Assembly: GCA_019456075.1 (NCBI GenBank)
Contig: VRUN01000002.1
Location: 1,418-65,417 of the forward strand
Direction of reading: 5' to 3'
Origin: Candidatus Methylomirabilota bacterium
GTDB taxonomy: Bacteria; Methylomirabilota; Methylomirabilia; Methylomirabilales; CSP1-5
DNA: 64,000 bases
This document shows positions 16,948 through 26,715 of the stretch, piece by piece. The position numbers were made by a program, and so were the translations under genes. The notes under the pieces are model-generated. The model was given only the letters and a program-made list of their open reading frames with translations, had not been told where the DNA came from and did not search any database. Positions within the stretch are counted from its first letter, which is position 1. Each line of letters opens with the position of its first letter.

Positions 16948-18921
16948 ATGAATCAAGTACCTGCGCGAGAGATCTACTGGAACATTCCAAACCACCTGCT
17001 CCTGTATGTCCTGTTTCTTCCCTTCCTTGCCGTTTTCCTCTACGGCTGCTATCGCGTCTGGGGTGCCATTTTGCTGGGCAAGAGGGGGGGGCAGTTTGGT
17101 CAGCTGAAAGAGCGCCTGAAGGCCCTCGCCAACCAGGCCCTCTTGCAGCGGCGGATCGCCACAGAGCGATATTCAGGTGTGATGCACCTCACCCTCTCCT
17201 GGGGATTTCTCATCCTTTTCGTCGCCACCACCCTCGTTGCGCTTCAAGATTACTTTGGCCTTCCGGTGCTTGAGGGCCCGTTCTATCTCTACTTTATGTC
17301 CTTGACTGTAGACCTGTTTGGTGTGGCGGCCGTCCTGGGAACGGTGATGGCGATCACGCGGCGGTACGTTCGTCCTCCGCCCCGTCTCGTGGAGCCCCGG
17401 GAGTTTAATGGTTTTGGTTGGCTCCTTTTCCTTTTCTTGGCTGTTCTCCTGACCGGCTTCCTCGTCGAGGGACTGCGGATTGGGGCGACTGCCGATCCGT
17501 GGGGATCCTGGTCGCCCGGCGGTTGGCTTACGGCGCTCCTGTTCCGCGGAGTCGGGGTAGAGTATGCCGAGGCTTTTCATCAGGTGCTCTGGTGGGCACA
17601 TGCTGTACTTTCCTTTGCCTTTATCGCTGCCATTCCGTATACGGGCGTGTTCCATCTCCTGTCGGCCCCTGTCAACATCGTTCTCCAAAACCTGCAACCG
17701 TCAGGCGTGCTAAACCCCTTGGCGATCGAAGAGGAGCAACTCGGCGCATCGACGATTCGGGATTTCTCCCGGAAAGCGCTCTTGGATCTGTACGCGTGCA
17801 CCGAGTGTGGACGGTGTCAGGACGTCTGTCCTGCCTGGACGACGGGGAAACCGCTTACACCGAAGGGGGTCATTCTCGATCTTCGGGACCATTTGACCAA
17901 AGTCCACCGCGGAGAGGAGGCGCGGCGAATGGTTCGGGAGGTAATCACCGAAGATGTCCTCTGGGCCTGTACGACGTGTGGGGCGTGTCATGAAGCCTGT
18001 CCGGTCTTGATCGAGCCCATTCCCAAGATCATTGACATGCGCCGCCACCTGGTGATGGAAGAGGCGACGTTTCCAGAGCAGCTACAGGAGACGCTCAGGA
18101 ATCTAGAGACACGTGGGCACCCGTATAAAGGGGTGAGCGCCGGCCGAACCGACTGGGCTAAAGATCTTCGGATTGCGGAAGCGAGTAAGCTGCAAGAAAT
18201 CGATCTGCTGTACTGGGTGGGGTGTGCTGGTGCCTTTGATGAGCGGGGGCAGCAGGTCACGCGGGCCATGGTACAGGTCCTAGAAGAGGCGGGGGTGGAG
18301 TTCGCGATCCTGGGCCCGGAAGAGCGCTGCACCGGAGATCCGGCCAGGCGAATTGGAAACGAGTACCTTTTCCAACTTCTCGCGCAAGAGAATATCGCGA
18401 CGTTGAATCGGTACCGGGTGAAGAAAATTTTAACAACCTGCCCTCACTGTTTCAACACGATGAAACACGAGTATCCCCAGTTCGGCGGGGACTTCGAGGT
18501 CACTCATCATAGCCAGTTGATTGCCGAACTCCTGCGCGACGGACGTTTGAGCCTTCGGAAACGGTTTAGCGGGACCGTGAGCTTTCATGATCCGTGCTAT
18601 CTCGGGCGACATAATGGGATCTACGATGATCCCCGATCGATTATTAATCACTTTCCGGGTTTCCGACAGGTGGAGATGCCCCGATGTCGTGAGAAAGCGT
18701 TCTGCTGTGGTGCGGGCGGCGGACTCATGTGGATGGAGGAGCGGATCGGCAAGCGAATGAATCTCGAAAGAACGGATGAGTTCTTAAAGACCGAAGCGGC
18801 GGTCGTGGCCACTGCTTGCCCCTTCTGCCTCACGATGATGACCGACGGAATCACCGTGCGCGGGAAGAGCCAGTCGGTAAAGGCTTTGGATTTAGCTGAG
18901 CTGGTGGCCCGTGCCCTTTGA
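16948..18921 (+). CDS. Membrane-bound Fe-S oxidoreductase (N-terminal multi-TM domain, 2x[4Fe-4S] ferredoxin, two CCG/HdrD-GlpC-like domains); probable ETF:quinone-linked
   Basis: About 6 hydrophobic segments in the first 270 aa. Ferredoxin motifs are [12 protein letters not shown] and [12 protein letters not shown]. Cys-rich CCG regions include CPHCF and CCGAGGG. It lies directly downstream of etfBA, as in syntroph-type ETF-associated oxidoreductases. Confidence 0.75.
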   Translation: MNQVPAREIYWNIPNHLLLYVLFLPFLAVFLYGCYRVWGAILLGKRGGQFGQLKERLKALANQALLQRRIATERYSGVMHLTLSWGFLILFVATTLVALQDYFGLPVLEGPFYLYFMSLTVDLFGVAAVLGTVMAITRRYVRPPPRLVEPREFNGFGWLLFLFLAVLLTGFLVEGLRIGATADPWGSWSPGGWLTALLFRGVGVEYAEAFHQVLWWAHAVLSFAFIAAIPYTGVFHLLSAPVNIVLQNLQPSGVLNPLAIEEEQLGASTIRDFSRKALLDLYACTECGRCQDVCPAWTTGKPLTPKGVILDLRDHLTKVHRGEEARRMVREVITEDVLWACTTCGACHEACPVLIEPIPKIIDMRRHLVMEEATFPEQLQETLRNLETRGHPYKGVSAGRTDWAKDLRIAEASKLQEIDLLYWVGCAGAFDERGQQVTRAMVQVLEEAGVEFAILGPEERCTGDPARRIGNEYLFQLLAQENIATLNRYRVKKILTTCPHCFNTMKHEYPQFGGDFEVTHHSQLIAELLRDGRLSLRKRFSGTVSFHDPCYLGRHNGIYDDPRSIINHFPGFRQVEMPRCREKAFCCGAGGGLMWMEERIGKRMNLERTDEFLKTEAAVVATACPFCLTMMTDGITVRGKSQSVKALDLAELVARAL

Positions 18922-18929
18922 CAGATCAC

Positions 18930-18997
18930 GGTTCTCGGTTCACAGAAAGGACGGTTCTGACAGGTAAGCGTTCTTTTTCATCTGTGAACAGTGAACT
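18930..18997. repeat. Intercistronic palindromic element built from GGTTCAC/GTGAAC heptamers (copy A)
   Basis: GGTTCTC GGTTCAC (18930-43), then a spacer with a T5 run, then GTGAACA GTGAACT (18984-97). The 17-nt arms 18930-46 and 18981-97 pair at 14/17 positions. The element lies between stop 18921 and the SD at 19004. Confidence 0.6.
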
Positions 18998-19013
18998 CCC
19001 ACCGGAGGTGGGT

Positions 19014-19931
19014 ATGCGGATCGTTTCCTTGTTGCCCAGTGCAACAGAGATCGTGTACCTATTGGGACTAGGGGATCAGCTCACCGGGGTGAGCCATGAG
19101 TGTGACTATCCGCCCGCGGCCCTGGGCAAGCGAAAGATCATCAGGCCCGCTTTCGATAGTTCCGAGCTGACGAGCTATGAGATCGATGCGCAGGTCCGGA
19201 CTACCTATGCAGAGGGGGAAGGGATCTATCACTTGGATCTCGAGGCCCTGAAGGCTGCCGATCCCGATCTGATCCTGACCCAAGAGCTCTGCGATGTCTG
19301 TGCCCCCCCGTACCAGGATGTCCTGCAGGTGGTGACAAAGCTTCCACGAAAACCAGAGGTTCTTTCCTTGGATCCCCAGCGCCTGGGGGATGTGTTGAAG
19401 GATGTCGAGCGGGTGGGCGAGGCCACAGGACGTCTCAGGGAGGCGGAAGCGGCGGTGACATCGCTCAAAGAGAGGATCGAAATCGTCGCAGAACGGACGG
19501 CAACGGACACACAACCACCGAAGGTCGTGTGCCTCGAGTGGCTGGACCCGCTGATGGCATCCGGACACTGGATCCCAGAGATGGTGGGTCTGGCGGGGGG
19601 GATAGAGCCCCTGGGGAATCTGGGATCTCCCTCCCGACGCGTTGAGTGGGAGCAGGTGGTCTTGTGCGCACCGGAGATCCTTATACTGATGCCCTGTGGC
19701 TTTGCGGTGGATCGAGTCCTTGACGAGATCCACCTCTTGACCAGGCTCGCGGGGTGGGATGGCCTGTCGGCAGTCCAGAGGGAAAAGGTCTTTGCCGTAA
19801 ACGGTCACGCCTATTATAATCGATCGGGACCTCGGCTGGTGGACGGACTAGAGATCCTGGCCCATCTCATACATCCCGAACTATTCCCGGGCCCGGCCCC
19901 CGATGGTGCCCTGAAGCGCGTTGACCAATGA
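19014..19931 (+). CDS. BtuF/TroA-like (cobalamin/Fe-siderophore type) binding-protein homolog lacking a signal peptide
   Basis: ORF 18918..19931; likely start is ATG 19014 after GGAGGTG. MRIVSLLPSATEIVYLLGLGDQLTGVSHECDYP is a typical class III PBP N-terminus. No hydrophobic leader appears in either start model. Confidence 0.7.
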   Translation: MRIVSLLPSATEIVYLLGLGDQLTGVSHECDYPPAALGKRKIIRPAFDSSELTSYEIDAQVRTTYAEGEGIYHLDLEALKAADPDLILTQELCDVCAPPYQDVLQVVTKLPRKPEVLSLDPQRLGDVLKDVERVGEATGRLREAEAAVTSLKERIEIVAERTATDTQPPKVVCLEWLDPLMASGHWIPEMVGLAGGIEPLGNLGSPSRRVEWEQVVLCAPEILILMPCGFAVDRVLDEIHLLTRLAGWDGLSAVQREKVFAVNGHAYYNRSGPRLVDGLEILAHLIHPELFPGPAPDGALKRVDQ

Positions 19932-19991
19932 TCTGATCGTCCGGAGCAACTCAGGGTCTATCCCTTTGTTTGGTCCGGCGGAGCCCCGAAG

Positions 19992-21692
19992 ATGCCCTTC
20001 GACGAAAATGAAGAAAGGCGGATCGAATCCGCCGAAGAGACGTGGGAGGAGCAGACCCTTCGTCCCACACTAGAAAAGTTGCCCGAGAGGGCACGGCAGT
20101 TCAACACGGTCTCCTGGCATCCCATTCGAAGGCTCTATACACCTCGCGATCTCTCCGACTTCGACTATACCCAGGATCTGGGTTTCCCAGGCTTGTATCC
20201 CTTTACGCGAGGAGTCTATCCCACCATGTACCGGGGCAAAATCTGGACTATGCGCATGTTTGCCGGTCATGGGACCCCCGAAGAGACAAATCGGCGCTTC
20301 AGGTATCTTTTGGAACAGGGGCAGACAGGTCTATCGGTTGCCTTTGATTTACCGACGCTCATGGGGTACGACTCGGACCATCCGATGTCGCGAGGAGAAG
20401 TGGGCAAATGCGGGGTGGCAATTGACTCTTTGGCAGATATGGAAACCCTCTTCGACCGTATCCCGCTCGGAGACGTCACCACCTCGATGACCATCAACTC
20501 TCCTGCGGCGGTTCTGTGGGCGATGTATCTTGCGGTCTGCGAGAAACAAGGGGTACCCTATGACCGCATCGGCGGCACGATCCAGAATGACATCCTCAAG
20601 GAATTCATCGCGCAAAAGGAGTACGTTTTCCCCCTCGAGCCCTCCATGCGCCTCATGGTGGATACTATCCTCTTCGGAGCCCAGTGTCTCCCTACGTGGC
20701 ATCCGGTCAGTATTAGTGGTTATCATATCCGCGAGGCAGGTTCCACCGCGATCCAGGAGCTGGCTTTTACCTTGGCCGACGGTATGGCGTATGTCGAGGC
20801 GACCATGAAGGCAGGGCTTGATCCAGATGCTTTTGCTCCTCGGTTATCCTTTTTCTTTAACGTCCACAATGATTTCTTTGAGGAGATCGCAAAGTTTCGA
20901 GCTGCAAGACGCATGTGGGCGAAACTGATGCGAGAGCGGTATGGTGCCAAGGACCCGCGATCCTGGCTGCTCCGGACACATGCCCAGACGGCGGGATGTG
21001 CCCTGACCGCCCAACAACCGTATAACAATGTCGTCCGGGTCGCCATTCAGGCCCTGGCGGCAGTTCTCGGTGGGGCCCAGTCTCTCCACACGAATGCCAT
21101 GGACGAAACGCGGGCGCTTCCGACGGAGAAGGCAGCCACGATCGCTTTGCGGACCCAACAGATCATCGCCCACGAGACCGGGGTAACCCACACCATCGAC
21201 CCCGTGGGGGGGTCCTATTTTGTTGAGACCCTGACGAGGGAGATAGAGGAGGAGGCCTGGACCTATCTCCAAAAGATCGATGATCTGGGGGGCATGGTTC
21301 AGGCGATTGAGAAAGGCTTCCCACAACAGGAGATCGCCGACGCCTCCTATCGCTACCAGCAGGCGGTTGAGAGAGGAGAACAGGTGGTTGTTGGGGTAAA
21401 CCGGTGTGTCGCCGAGGTGGAGGAACCGATCCCCCTACTTCAGATCGACCCGGACAAGGCTGCCCACCAACAAATGGAAAAGATTCACCAACTCAAAAAA
21501 CGTCGCGACAGCTACCCGGTCGACCACACCCTGGATGCCATCCGAAGGGCGGCGCAGGGGAAGGATCCTTGGGCTCGAGACCTCCTTATGCCGAAAATCT
21601 TGGATGCGGTTCGGGCGTATGTGACCTTAGGAGAAATCATGGGGGTCTTGCGAGAAGCGTGGGGGGAGTACGTCGAGCCGGCTATCCTCTGA
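19992..21692 (+). CDS. icmA: B12-dependent acyl-CoA mutase large (substrate-binding) subunit, isobutyryl-CoA-mutase-type signature
   Basis: 566 aa and collinear with the MCM alpha TIM barrel (FTRG...SVAFDLPT...[11 protein letters not shown]). The MCM Tyr89 and Arg207 positions read Phe (TMRMFAG) and Gln (FIAQKEY), the ICM signature. There is no HCM-type Asp (the sequence is SVAFD). Confidence 0.75.
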   Translation: MPFDENEERRIESAEETWEEQTLRPTLEKLPERARQFNTVSWHPIRRLYTPRDLSDFDYTQDLGFPGLYPFTRGVYPTMYRGKIWTMRMFAGHGTPEETNRRFRYLLEQGQTGLSVAFDLPTLMGYDSDHPMSRGEVGKCGVAIDSLADMETLFDRIPLGDVTTSMTINSPAAVLWAMYLAVCEKQGVPYDRIGGTIQNDILKEFIAQKEYVFPLEPSMRLMVDTILFGAQCLPTWHPVSISGYHIREAGSTAIQELAFTLADGMAYVEATMKAGLDPDAFAPRLSFFFNVHNDFFEEIAKFRAARRMWAKLMRERYGAKDPRSWLLRTHAQTAGCALTAQQPYNNVVRVAIQALAAVLGGAQSLHTNAMDETRALPTEKAATIALRTQQIIAHETGVTHTIDPVGGSYFVETLTREIEEEAWTYLQKIDDLGGMVQAIEKGFPQQEIADASYRYQQAVERGEQVVVGVNRCVAEVEEPIPLLQIDPDKAAHQQMEKIHQLKKRRDSYPVDHTLDAIRRAAQGKDPWARDLLMPKILDAVRAYVTLGEIMGVLREAWGEYVEPAIL

Positions 21693-21858
21693 TTCGCCGT
21701 TGACTCTCCAGGGGAAATACGGTTTAAAATAAGGATAATTGTATCTGTGAGGGTCTAGAAGTAGTGAAACATGCGATGTCTATAGCTTACGAATGGATAC
21801 CTCTCAGTATTTTGGGTGCCGTGGCACGTGGCGAAGTACACAGGGGGTAAATGGGGTG

Positions 21859-22269
21859 ATGGTTGAAGAACGGAAGATTCGCGTCTTGGTTGCCAAGCCT
21901 GGGCTCGACGGCCATGACCGGGGAGCCAAGGTGATCGCCCGTGCCTTCCGGGACGCAGGGTTCGAAGTGATTTACACGGGGCTTCGTCAGACTCCGGAAA
22001 TGATCGTAAGCGCTGCAATCCAGGAGGACGTGGACGCCGTCGGCGTCTCGTGCCTCTCGGGGGCCCACATGTACCTGTTTCCTCGAATCGTCCAGCTGCT
22101 CCGTGAGCGCGGAGCGGATGATGTGCTGGTTTTTGGTGGCGGAACGATTCCTGACGAGGACATTCCCAAATTACGGGAGGCAGGGATTGCTGAAATCTTT
22201 ACCCCGGGAACCCCGACTTCAGTTGCTATCGATTTCGTTCGCAATCGAGCGGGACGAGACCGAAAGTAA
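21859..22269 (+). CDS. icmB: B12-binding small subunit of acyl-CoA mutase
   Basis: ORF 21793..22269; likely start is ATG 21859 ([25 protein letters not shown]), giving 136 aa. It has the DxHxxG cobalamin-binding motif (DGHDRG). Confidence 0.8.
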   Translation: MVEERKIRVLVAKPGLDGHDRGAKVIARAFRDAGFEVIYTGLRQTPEMIVSAAIQEDVDAVGVSCLSGAHMYLFPRIVQLLRERGADDVLVFGGGTIPDEDIPKLREAGIAEIFTPGTPTSVAIDFVRNRAGRDRK

Positions 22270-22519
22270 AACTCTCGGCACCGCGGTACCCTGATTCCTC
22301 GCTTGCTCTGCGTTCTCACCTTGCTAAAGTGTTCTTGTAGTATATTTAAAGTAGTTTATGACCTATTGTTGTTTAACCTCTTCACAAAATGAGTTTTCTA
22401 CGAGAGGGATGTAAATTTCTCCTCGACAGGTTTTCTCCCCTATGCTAAGTGTCTTGCATAATTTCGGCGGTGGTGCGTTGTCTGTGCGTCGGCAATGGAT
22501 GCTAATATGGGGATGACTG

Positions 22520-23458
22520 GTGGAAATTAGCGATAGAGTCCGGGCGGGAGATGTCCGGGCGATGGCCCGCCTGATCTCTCTCATCGAAAATGGTTTCCCG
22601 GAGGCGACATCCGCTCTGAAGGGACTCTATCCATTCACAGGGCAAGCGTTCATCGTCGGGATCACCGGTCCGCCTGGCTCGGGCAAGAGTACCCTTACCG
22701 ATCAACTCACGCAGGAGTTCCGCCGGCACGGGAGGACGATAGGGATCGTCGCCGTCGATCCCACGAGCCCCTTCACAGGAGGGGCTATTTTGGCCGATCG
22801 TATTCGGATGCAGCGCCATAGTCTCGATGGGGGGGTCTTCATCCGGAGCATGGCCACGCGAGGGCACCTTGGGGGCCTGGCCAAGGCCACCAACGATGTC
22901 GTGAACGTGCTGGATGCAGCGGGGAAGGAAGTTATCTTTATTGAGACGGTGGGCGTAGGGCAGGATGAGGTGGAGGTGGTCAAAACGGCGCATACCTCGA
23001 TTGTCGTGACCGTCCCTGGCCTCGGGGATGACATTCAAGCCATCAAGGCTGGGATCCTCGAAATTGCCGATATCTTTGTGGTCAACAAAGCCGACCGCGA
23101 AGGCGCGGACAAAACCGTCGCCGAGCTGAAAGCCATGATGGCTCTCGGTCCGGGACGGTCGGATTGGAGCCCTCCCATTTTTAAGACCGTAGCGATCGAG
23201 GAGGAGGGAATCGTCGAACTGGCCCAGGGAATCCTTGCCCATCAGGCCCATTTGGACCAAGCGGGCGTTCGCCAAGAGCGACAGCGAGAGCGGAGTCATG
23301 CTCTCTTCCTCGAGCTGCTCCAAGAGCGGGTAACTCGCCGCCTACTCGAACGGGCTGCCGCCAACGGAATCCTCGAACAAACGATCGAACGGATTGCCCA
23401 CCGGGACCTCGACCCGTATTCGGCCGTGGATGAGTTCCTCGAAAAGGCGGGTTTCTGA
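22520..23458 (+). CDS. meaB: MeaB/ArgK-family G-protein metallochaperone for B12 mutases
   Basis: Walker A GPPGSGKST, switch region ETVGVGQ, and NKAD specificity motif. Confidence 0.9.
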   Translation: MEISDRVRAGDVRAMARLISLIENGFPEATSALKGLYPFTGQAFIVGITGPPGSGKSTLTDQLTQEFRRHGRTIGIVAVDPTSPFTGGAILADRIRMQRHSLDGGVFIRSMATRGHLGGLAKATNDVVNVLDAAGKEVIFIETVGVGQDEVEVVKTAHTSIVVTVPGLGDDIQAIKAGILEIADIFVVNKADREGADKTVAELKAMMALGPGRSDWSPPIFKTVAIEEEGIVELAQGILAHQAHLDQAGVRQERQRERSHALFLELLQERVTRRLLERAAANGILEQTIERIAHRDLDPYSAVDEFLEKAGF

Positions 23459-23562
23459 CCCTTGCCCATCGGGAGGGACGTCCACCCCGGTCGCTCCTTT
23501 CATTTGACTTCTGCTAAGACGTATCGAGGCCATAGCAAACCTCCTAGTGACCGCGGAGAGGT

Positions 23563-24537
23563 GTGCCGATGAAGGTCCTCGCTTCAGGGGCGAGCTTATT
23601 CCACTGGATCCACCCTGACGATTTTCGCGACTGGGTACGCATCCATAAGAGTCGGGAACCGGGGGAGAAGCTGATGACGGAACACGAGGCCGTCTCCTGC
23701 TTTGTCGAAGACGGGGACTATGTTGCCTACGATTTTTCTTCCTTGACTCGGGGTCCCCAGGCCTTGGTCCGAGAAATCATCCGACAACATAAGAGAAACC
23801 TCTGGATCTGTGCCGAGTTTACGCTGCATGAAACCACTTTGCTGGTGGGGGCCGGATGTGCTGACCGGATCGATGTGGGGTTTTTGGGATACGGCAATTA
23901 CATCGGACGGGCCGTGGTGGAAGGGAGGGTACAGGTTTTTGAGTGGACCAATGGGGCTTTGGCCTTTCGCATGCTGGCCGGGGCCAGAGGCGTTCCCTTC
24001 ATGCCCACGCGGAGCCTCTTGGGGACGGATACGTTCCTCCGATCAGGAGCGAAGGTGGTGGAGGATCCCTTCACGGGTGATTCCGTCTGTTTGGTTCCGG
24101 CGCTCAATCCGGATGTCTTCCTCGTCCATGTTCACCAGGCGGACGTGTACGGCAATGCCCGTATCTTTGGAACCAACCTTTTTGCCCTGGAGGGGGCTAT
24201 GGCCGCGAAAAAGGTCATTGTCTCGGCCGAAGAGATTATTGACTCCTTAGAGTTTCGGAAAGACCCGGCAAAGACGACGATTCCGCACTTCCTCGTGAGC
24301 GCCGTGGTGCACCTCCCTTTTGGGGCATACCCGGGAGGGGTCCCGGGGAGGTATGAGCTGGACCTTGAGCATATCCAGCGATTGAACGCGATCGAGACTG
24401 AGGAGCACGTCCAAGGGTATCTTGAGCCCTTCGTCTACAACGTGAGGGACCACGCCGAGTTTATGCAACAGGAGGTAGGATCGAACCGGCTGGCGGATGT
24501 GACACGACGAGCCTTGATTAAAGAAGGATATCAGTAG
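23563..24537 (+). CDS. CoA-transferase subunit A (family I, glutaconate CoA-transferase GctA-like)
   Basis: 324 aa with a CoA_trans fold. It pairs with a downstream B subunit. The alternative start ATG 23569 has better SD spacing. Confidence 0.75.
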   Translation: MPMKVLASGASLFHWIHPDDFRDWVRIHKSREPGEKLMTEHEAVSCFVEDGDYVAYDFSSLTRGPQALVREIIRQHKRNLWICAEFTLHETTLLVGAGCADRIDVGFLGYGNYIGRAVVEGRVQVFEWTNGALAFRMLAGARGVPFMPTRSLLGTDTFLRSGAKVVEDPFTGDSVCLVPALNPDVFLVHVHQADVYGNARIFGTNLFALEGAMAAKKVIVSAEEIIDSLEFRKDPAKTTIPHFLVSAVVHLPFGAYPGGVPGRYELDLEHIQRLNAIETEEHVQGYLEPFVYNVRDHAEFMQQEVGSNRLADVTRRALIKEGYQ

Positions 24538-24575
24538 CAAGAAAGAGCAGTTACAGAGAATCGTTCAGGGATTCC

Positions 24576-25370
24576 ATGAATAGCGATTTCGGATTCACCG
24601 ATACGGAATTTATGATCTGCCTCGCCGCCCGCCTGCTGGAGGATCGAAAGACGGTCTTTGTCGGCTGGGGCATTCCCCAGGTGGTCGCCCTCCTGGCCGA
24701 GAGGCTTTACACTCCACATCTAATTCAGGTCTTCGAGTTTGGCGCGATAGGCCCCCGGTCTCTGACTCCCTTTGTCCGAGGCACAATGGGGGGGGCTTCC
24801 AACGTGTACCGTTCGCTGCAATGGACTACCATGAACTGGGCCTTCTCTTATGCTGCCACCGGATATCTCGACTACGGGATGATCGGTGCCCTTCAGGTGG
24901 ACCCATACGGTAATGTCAATTCCACGCTCTTAGGGGGGACGTACGAAAGGCCTCAGCGACGGTTTCCTGGCAGCGGAGGGGGGAACGAAGTCGCCTCCCT
25001 CTGCTGGAAGACGATTGTCGTTTTAAAGCATGAACCGCGTCGCTTCGTTGAGCGACTCGATTTCATGACGTCCCCGGGGTACCTGACAGGCCCAGGGGCA
25101 CGCGAGGGGGCCGGCCTTCCCCGGAGGACCGGGCCCTTCCGGGTCGTGACCTCACAAGCCCTCTTTGGCTTTGAAGAGGAGTCAAAGCGAATGATCCTGC
25201 TTGGTGCGTTGGGGGGACGATCGGTGCATCAGGTGATTGATGGCATGGGTTTTGAGCCAATAATTACACAGAAGGTGGAAATGCTTGACCCACCGACGCC
25301 GGAAGAACTGGCGATCCTCCGAGAGGAGATCGATCCGGCTCGAATTATTATCGGCCGACCCTCCGGATGA
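24576..25370 (+). CDS. CoA-transferase subunit B (GctB-like)
   Basis: 264 aa. The region around FPGSGGGNE is family I beta-subunit-like. It is adjacent to subunit A. Confidence 0.7.
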   Translation: MNSDFGFTDTEFMICLAARLLEDRKTVFVGWGIPQVVALLAERLYTPHLIQVFEFGAIGPRSLTPFVRGTMGGASNVYRSLQWTTMNWAFSYAATGYLDYGMIGALQVDPYGNVNSTLLGGTYERPQRRFPGSGGGNEVASLCWKTIVVLKHEPRRFVERLDFMTSPGYLTGPGAREGAGLPRRTGPFRVVTSQALFGFEEESKRMILLGALGGRSVHQVIDGMGFEPIITQKVEMLDPPTPEELAILREEIDPARIIIGRPSG

Positions 25371-25373
25371 ACA

Positions 25374-26294
25374 ATGAGCCAACCGACTCACCCCCCTCCT
25401 GATACACATGAAACCTCCGGAGAGCACAACTGGGTTCGTGAACGGTTCCCCAAAGGGCTTCTGTTGGCCGACGGGGCAACCGGGACAATGCTTCAGGCCA
25501 AGGGTCTCGGGCCAGGTGAGCCGCCTGATCTTTGGAATCTGACCCGGCCAAAGGCGGTTCAGGAGGTCCACGAGGCCTATCTGGCTGTCGGATGCGATCT
25601 CGTTCAGACCAACACGTTTGGGGCCAACCCGCTTCGGCTCACAGAAAGGGGTCTTAGCGGGCAAACCGCTGCAATCAACTTAACTGCGGTCCGGCTTGCG
25701 CGGGAGGGATGCACCGCCGGGCATCTTGTCGCTGGCACGGTGGGCCCCACAGGGGATTTTGAGGGCGGAAGGCATCGCAGTGTGTCAACGGAAACCCGTT
25801 CCGCATTTGAAGAGCAGCTTTCGTACCTCATGCACGGAGGCGTTGATCTCATCCTGGTTGAGAGCATGACGCATCTGGCCGAGGCCCGGATGGCTCTTCA
25901 GGCGGCCCAGGAATGTCCACCCGTTCCAGTCGCAGTCAGCCTGGTCTTTTTCGAGCAGCGCGAAGGCCTGCTCACCCTCGATGGGGCCTCCGCCCAGGAG
26001 GCGGTTCGGGAACTCACAACCGCCCAGGTCGTGGGATGTAATTGCATGCATGTGGAACATGTGATTGAAGTCCTCCGACAGATGCGAGAGGTGACCTCCC
26101 TTCCACTGATTGGCCAGCCCCATGCGGGGCTGCCAGAAAGCCGAGGGAAAAAATGGGTCTATCCGCTGGATCCTGAAGCTATGGTTCGCCACATCCCTGC
26201 CCTGCTGGCTTCCAATCCGGGGATCCTCGGTGGCTGCTGTGGAACGACCCCGGCCCACCTCGAAGCAGTTGCCCGTTCCCTCCGTCACTCCTGA
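25374..26294 (+). CDS. Stand-alone homocysteine S-methyltransferase domain protein (MetH N-terminal/MmuM-like)
   Basis: 306 aa with LLLADGATGTMLQ. Zinc ligands are VGCNC and GGCCGTTP. There are no pterin-binding or B12-binding domains. It starts 4 nt after the CoA-transferase B stop. Confidence 0.8.
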   Translation: MSQPTHPPPDTHETSGEHNWVRERFPKGLLLADGATGTMLQAKGLGPGEPPDLWNLTRPKAVQEVHEAYLAVGCDLVQTNTFGANPLRLTERGLSGQTAAINLTAVRLAREGCTAGHLVAGTVGPTGDFEGGRHRSVSTETRSAFEEQLSYLMHGGVDLILVESMTHLAEARMALQAAQECPPVPVAVSLVFFEQREGLLTLDGASAQEAVRELTTAQVVGCNCMHVEHVIEVLRQMREVTSLPLIGQPHAGLPESRGKKWVYPLDPEAMVRHIPALLASNPGILGGCCGTTPAHLEAVARSLRHS

Positions 26295-26432
26295 AGCTTC
26301 CCCTCTGTGAAAATTGCCTGCTTCCTGCGTTCCCTTGGTCGATGTACCCTCGTGCAGACACCCCCTCCGCTCGGTCAGCAAACCCTTCAGCGACGACGTG
26401 GCCCAGAACTTGCTACGTGGACAAAATACTTC

Positions 26433-26461
26433 TTGACATTCGTTGGGCAACTCCTTATTTT
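26433..26461 (+). promoter_or_regulatory. Candidate sigma70-type promoter
   Basis: TTGACA (26433-38), a 17-nt spacer, then TATTTT (26456-61), upstream of small ORF 26503. Confidence 0.4.
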
Positions 26462-26502
26462 CGGCCCTTGTGTCTTGAGCCAGGAAGGAGGTGAGATGAC
26501 TT

Positions 26503-26694
26503 ATGGCCAAGGGAGAGAAGAAGCTGGCTAAATTGGCCTCCCGGGCGGTAAAGAATGGAAACACTCGGGTGTATCCCTGCTCGGCTGACGGGACCCGCAT
26601 GACGTGGGTCCAGTACTTTGGGGAAACCGGCCGGGGCAGGACCGCACTGCGTTGTGAGAAGTGTGGGGCCATCAAGTTTCGATCCGAGCTGTAA
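26503..26694 (+). CDS. Small basic hypothetical protein (63 aa)
   Basis: MAKGEKKLAKLASRAVKNGNTRVYPCSADG...LRCEKCGAIKFRSEL. AGGAGG lies upstream, and it has its own candidate promoter and a clean terminator. No family is recognised. Confidence 0.55.
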   Translation: MAKGEKKLAKLASRAVKNGNTRVYPCSADGTRMTWVQYFGETGRGRTALRCEKCGAIKFRSEL

Positions 26695-26715
26695 TCTGAG
26701 GATCAAGAAAATGTA

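Noticed and set aside
18930-18997. GGTTCAC/GTGAAC palindromes considered as integron attC sites or as LexA (GTTC-N7-GTTC / GAAC-N4-GTTC) boxes
   Set aside because: The attC core sites (RYYYAAC / GTTRRRY) do not fit GTTCACG, and no integrase or cassette structure is present. SOS-box spacings do not match (here GTTC-N3-GTTC), and the elements are not upstream of recA or other SOS genes.
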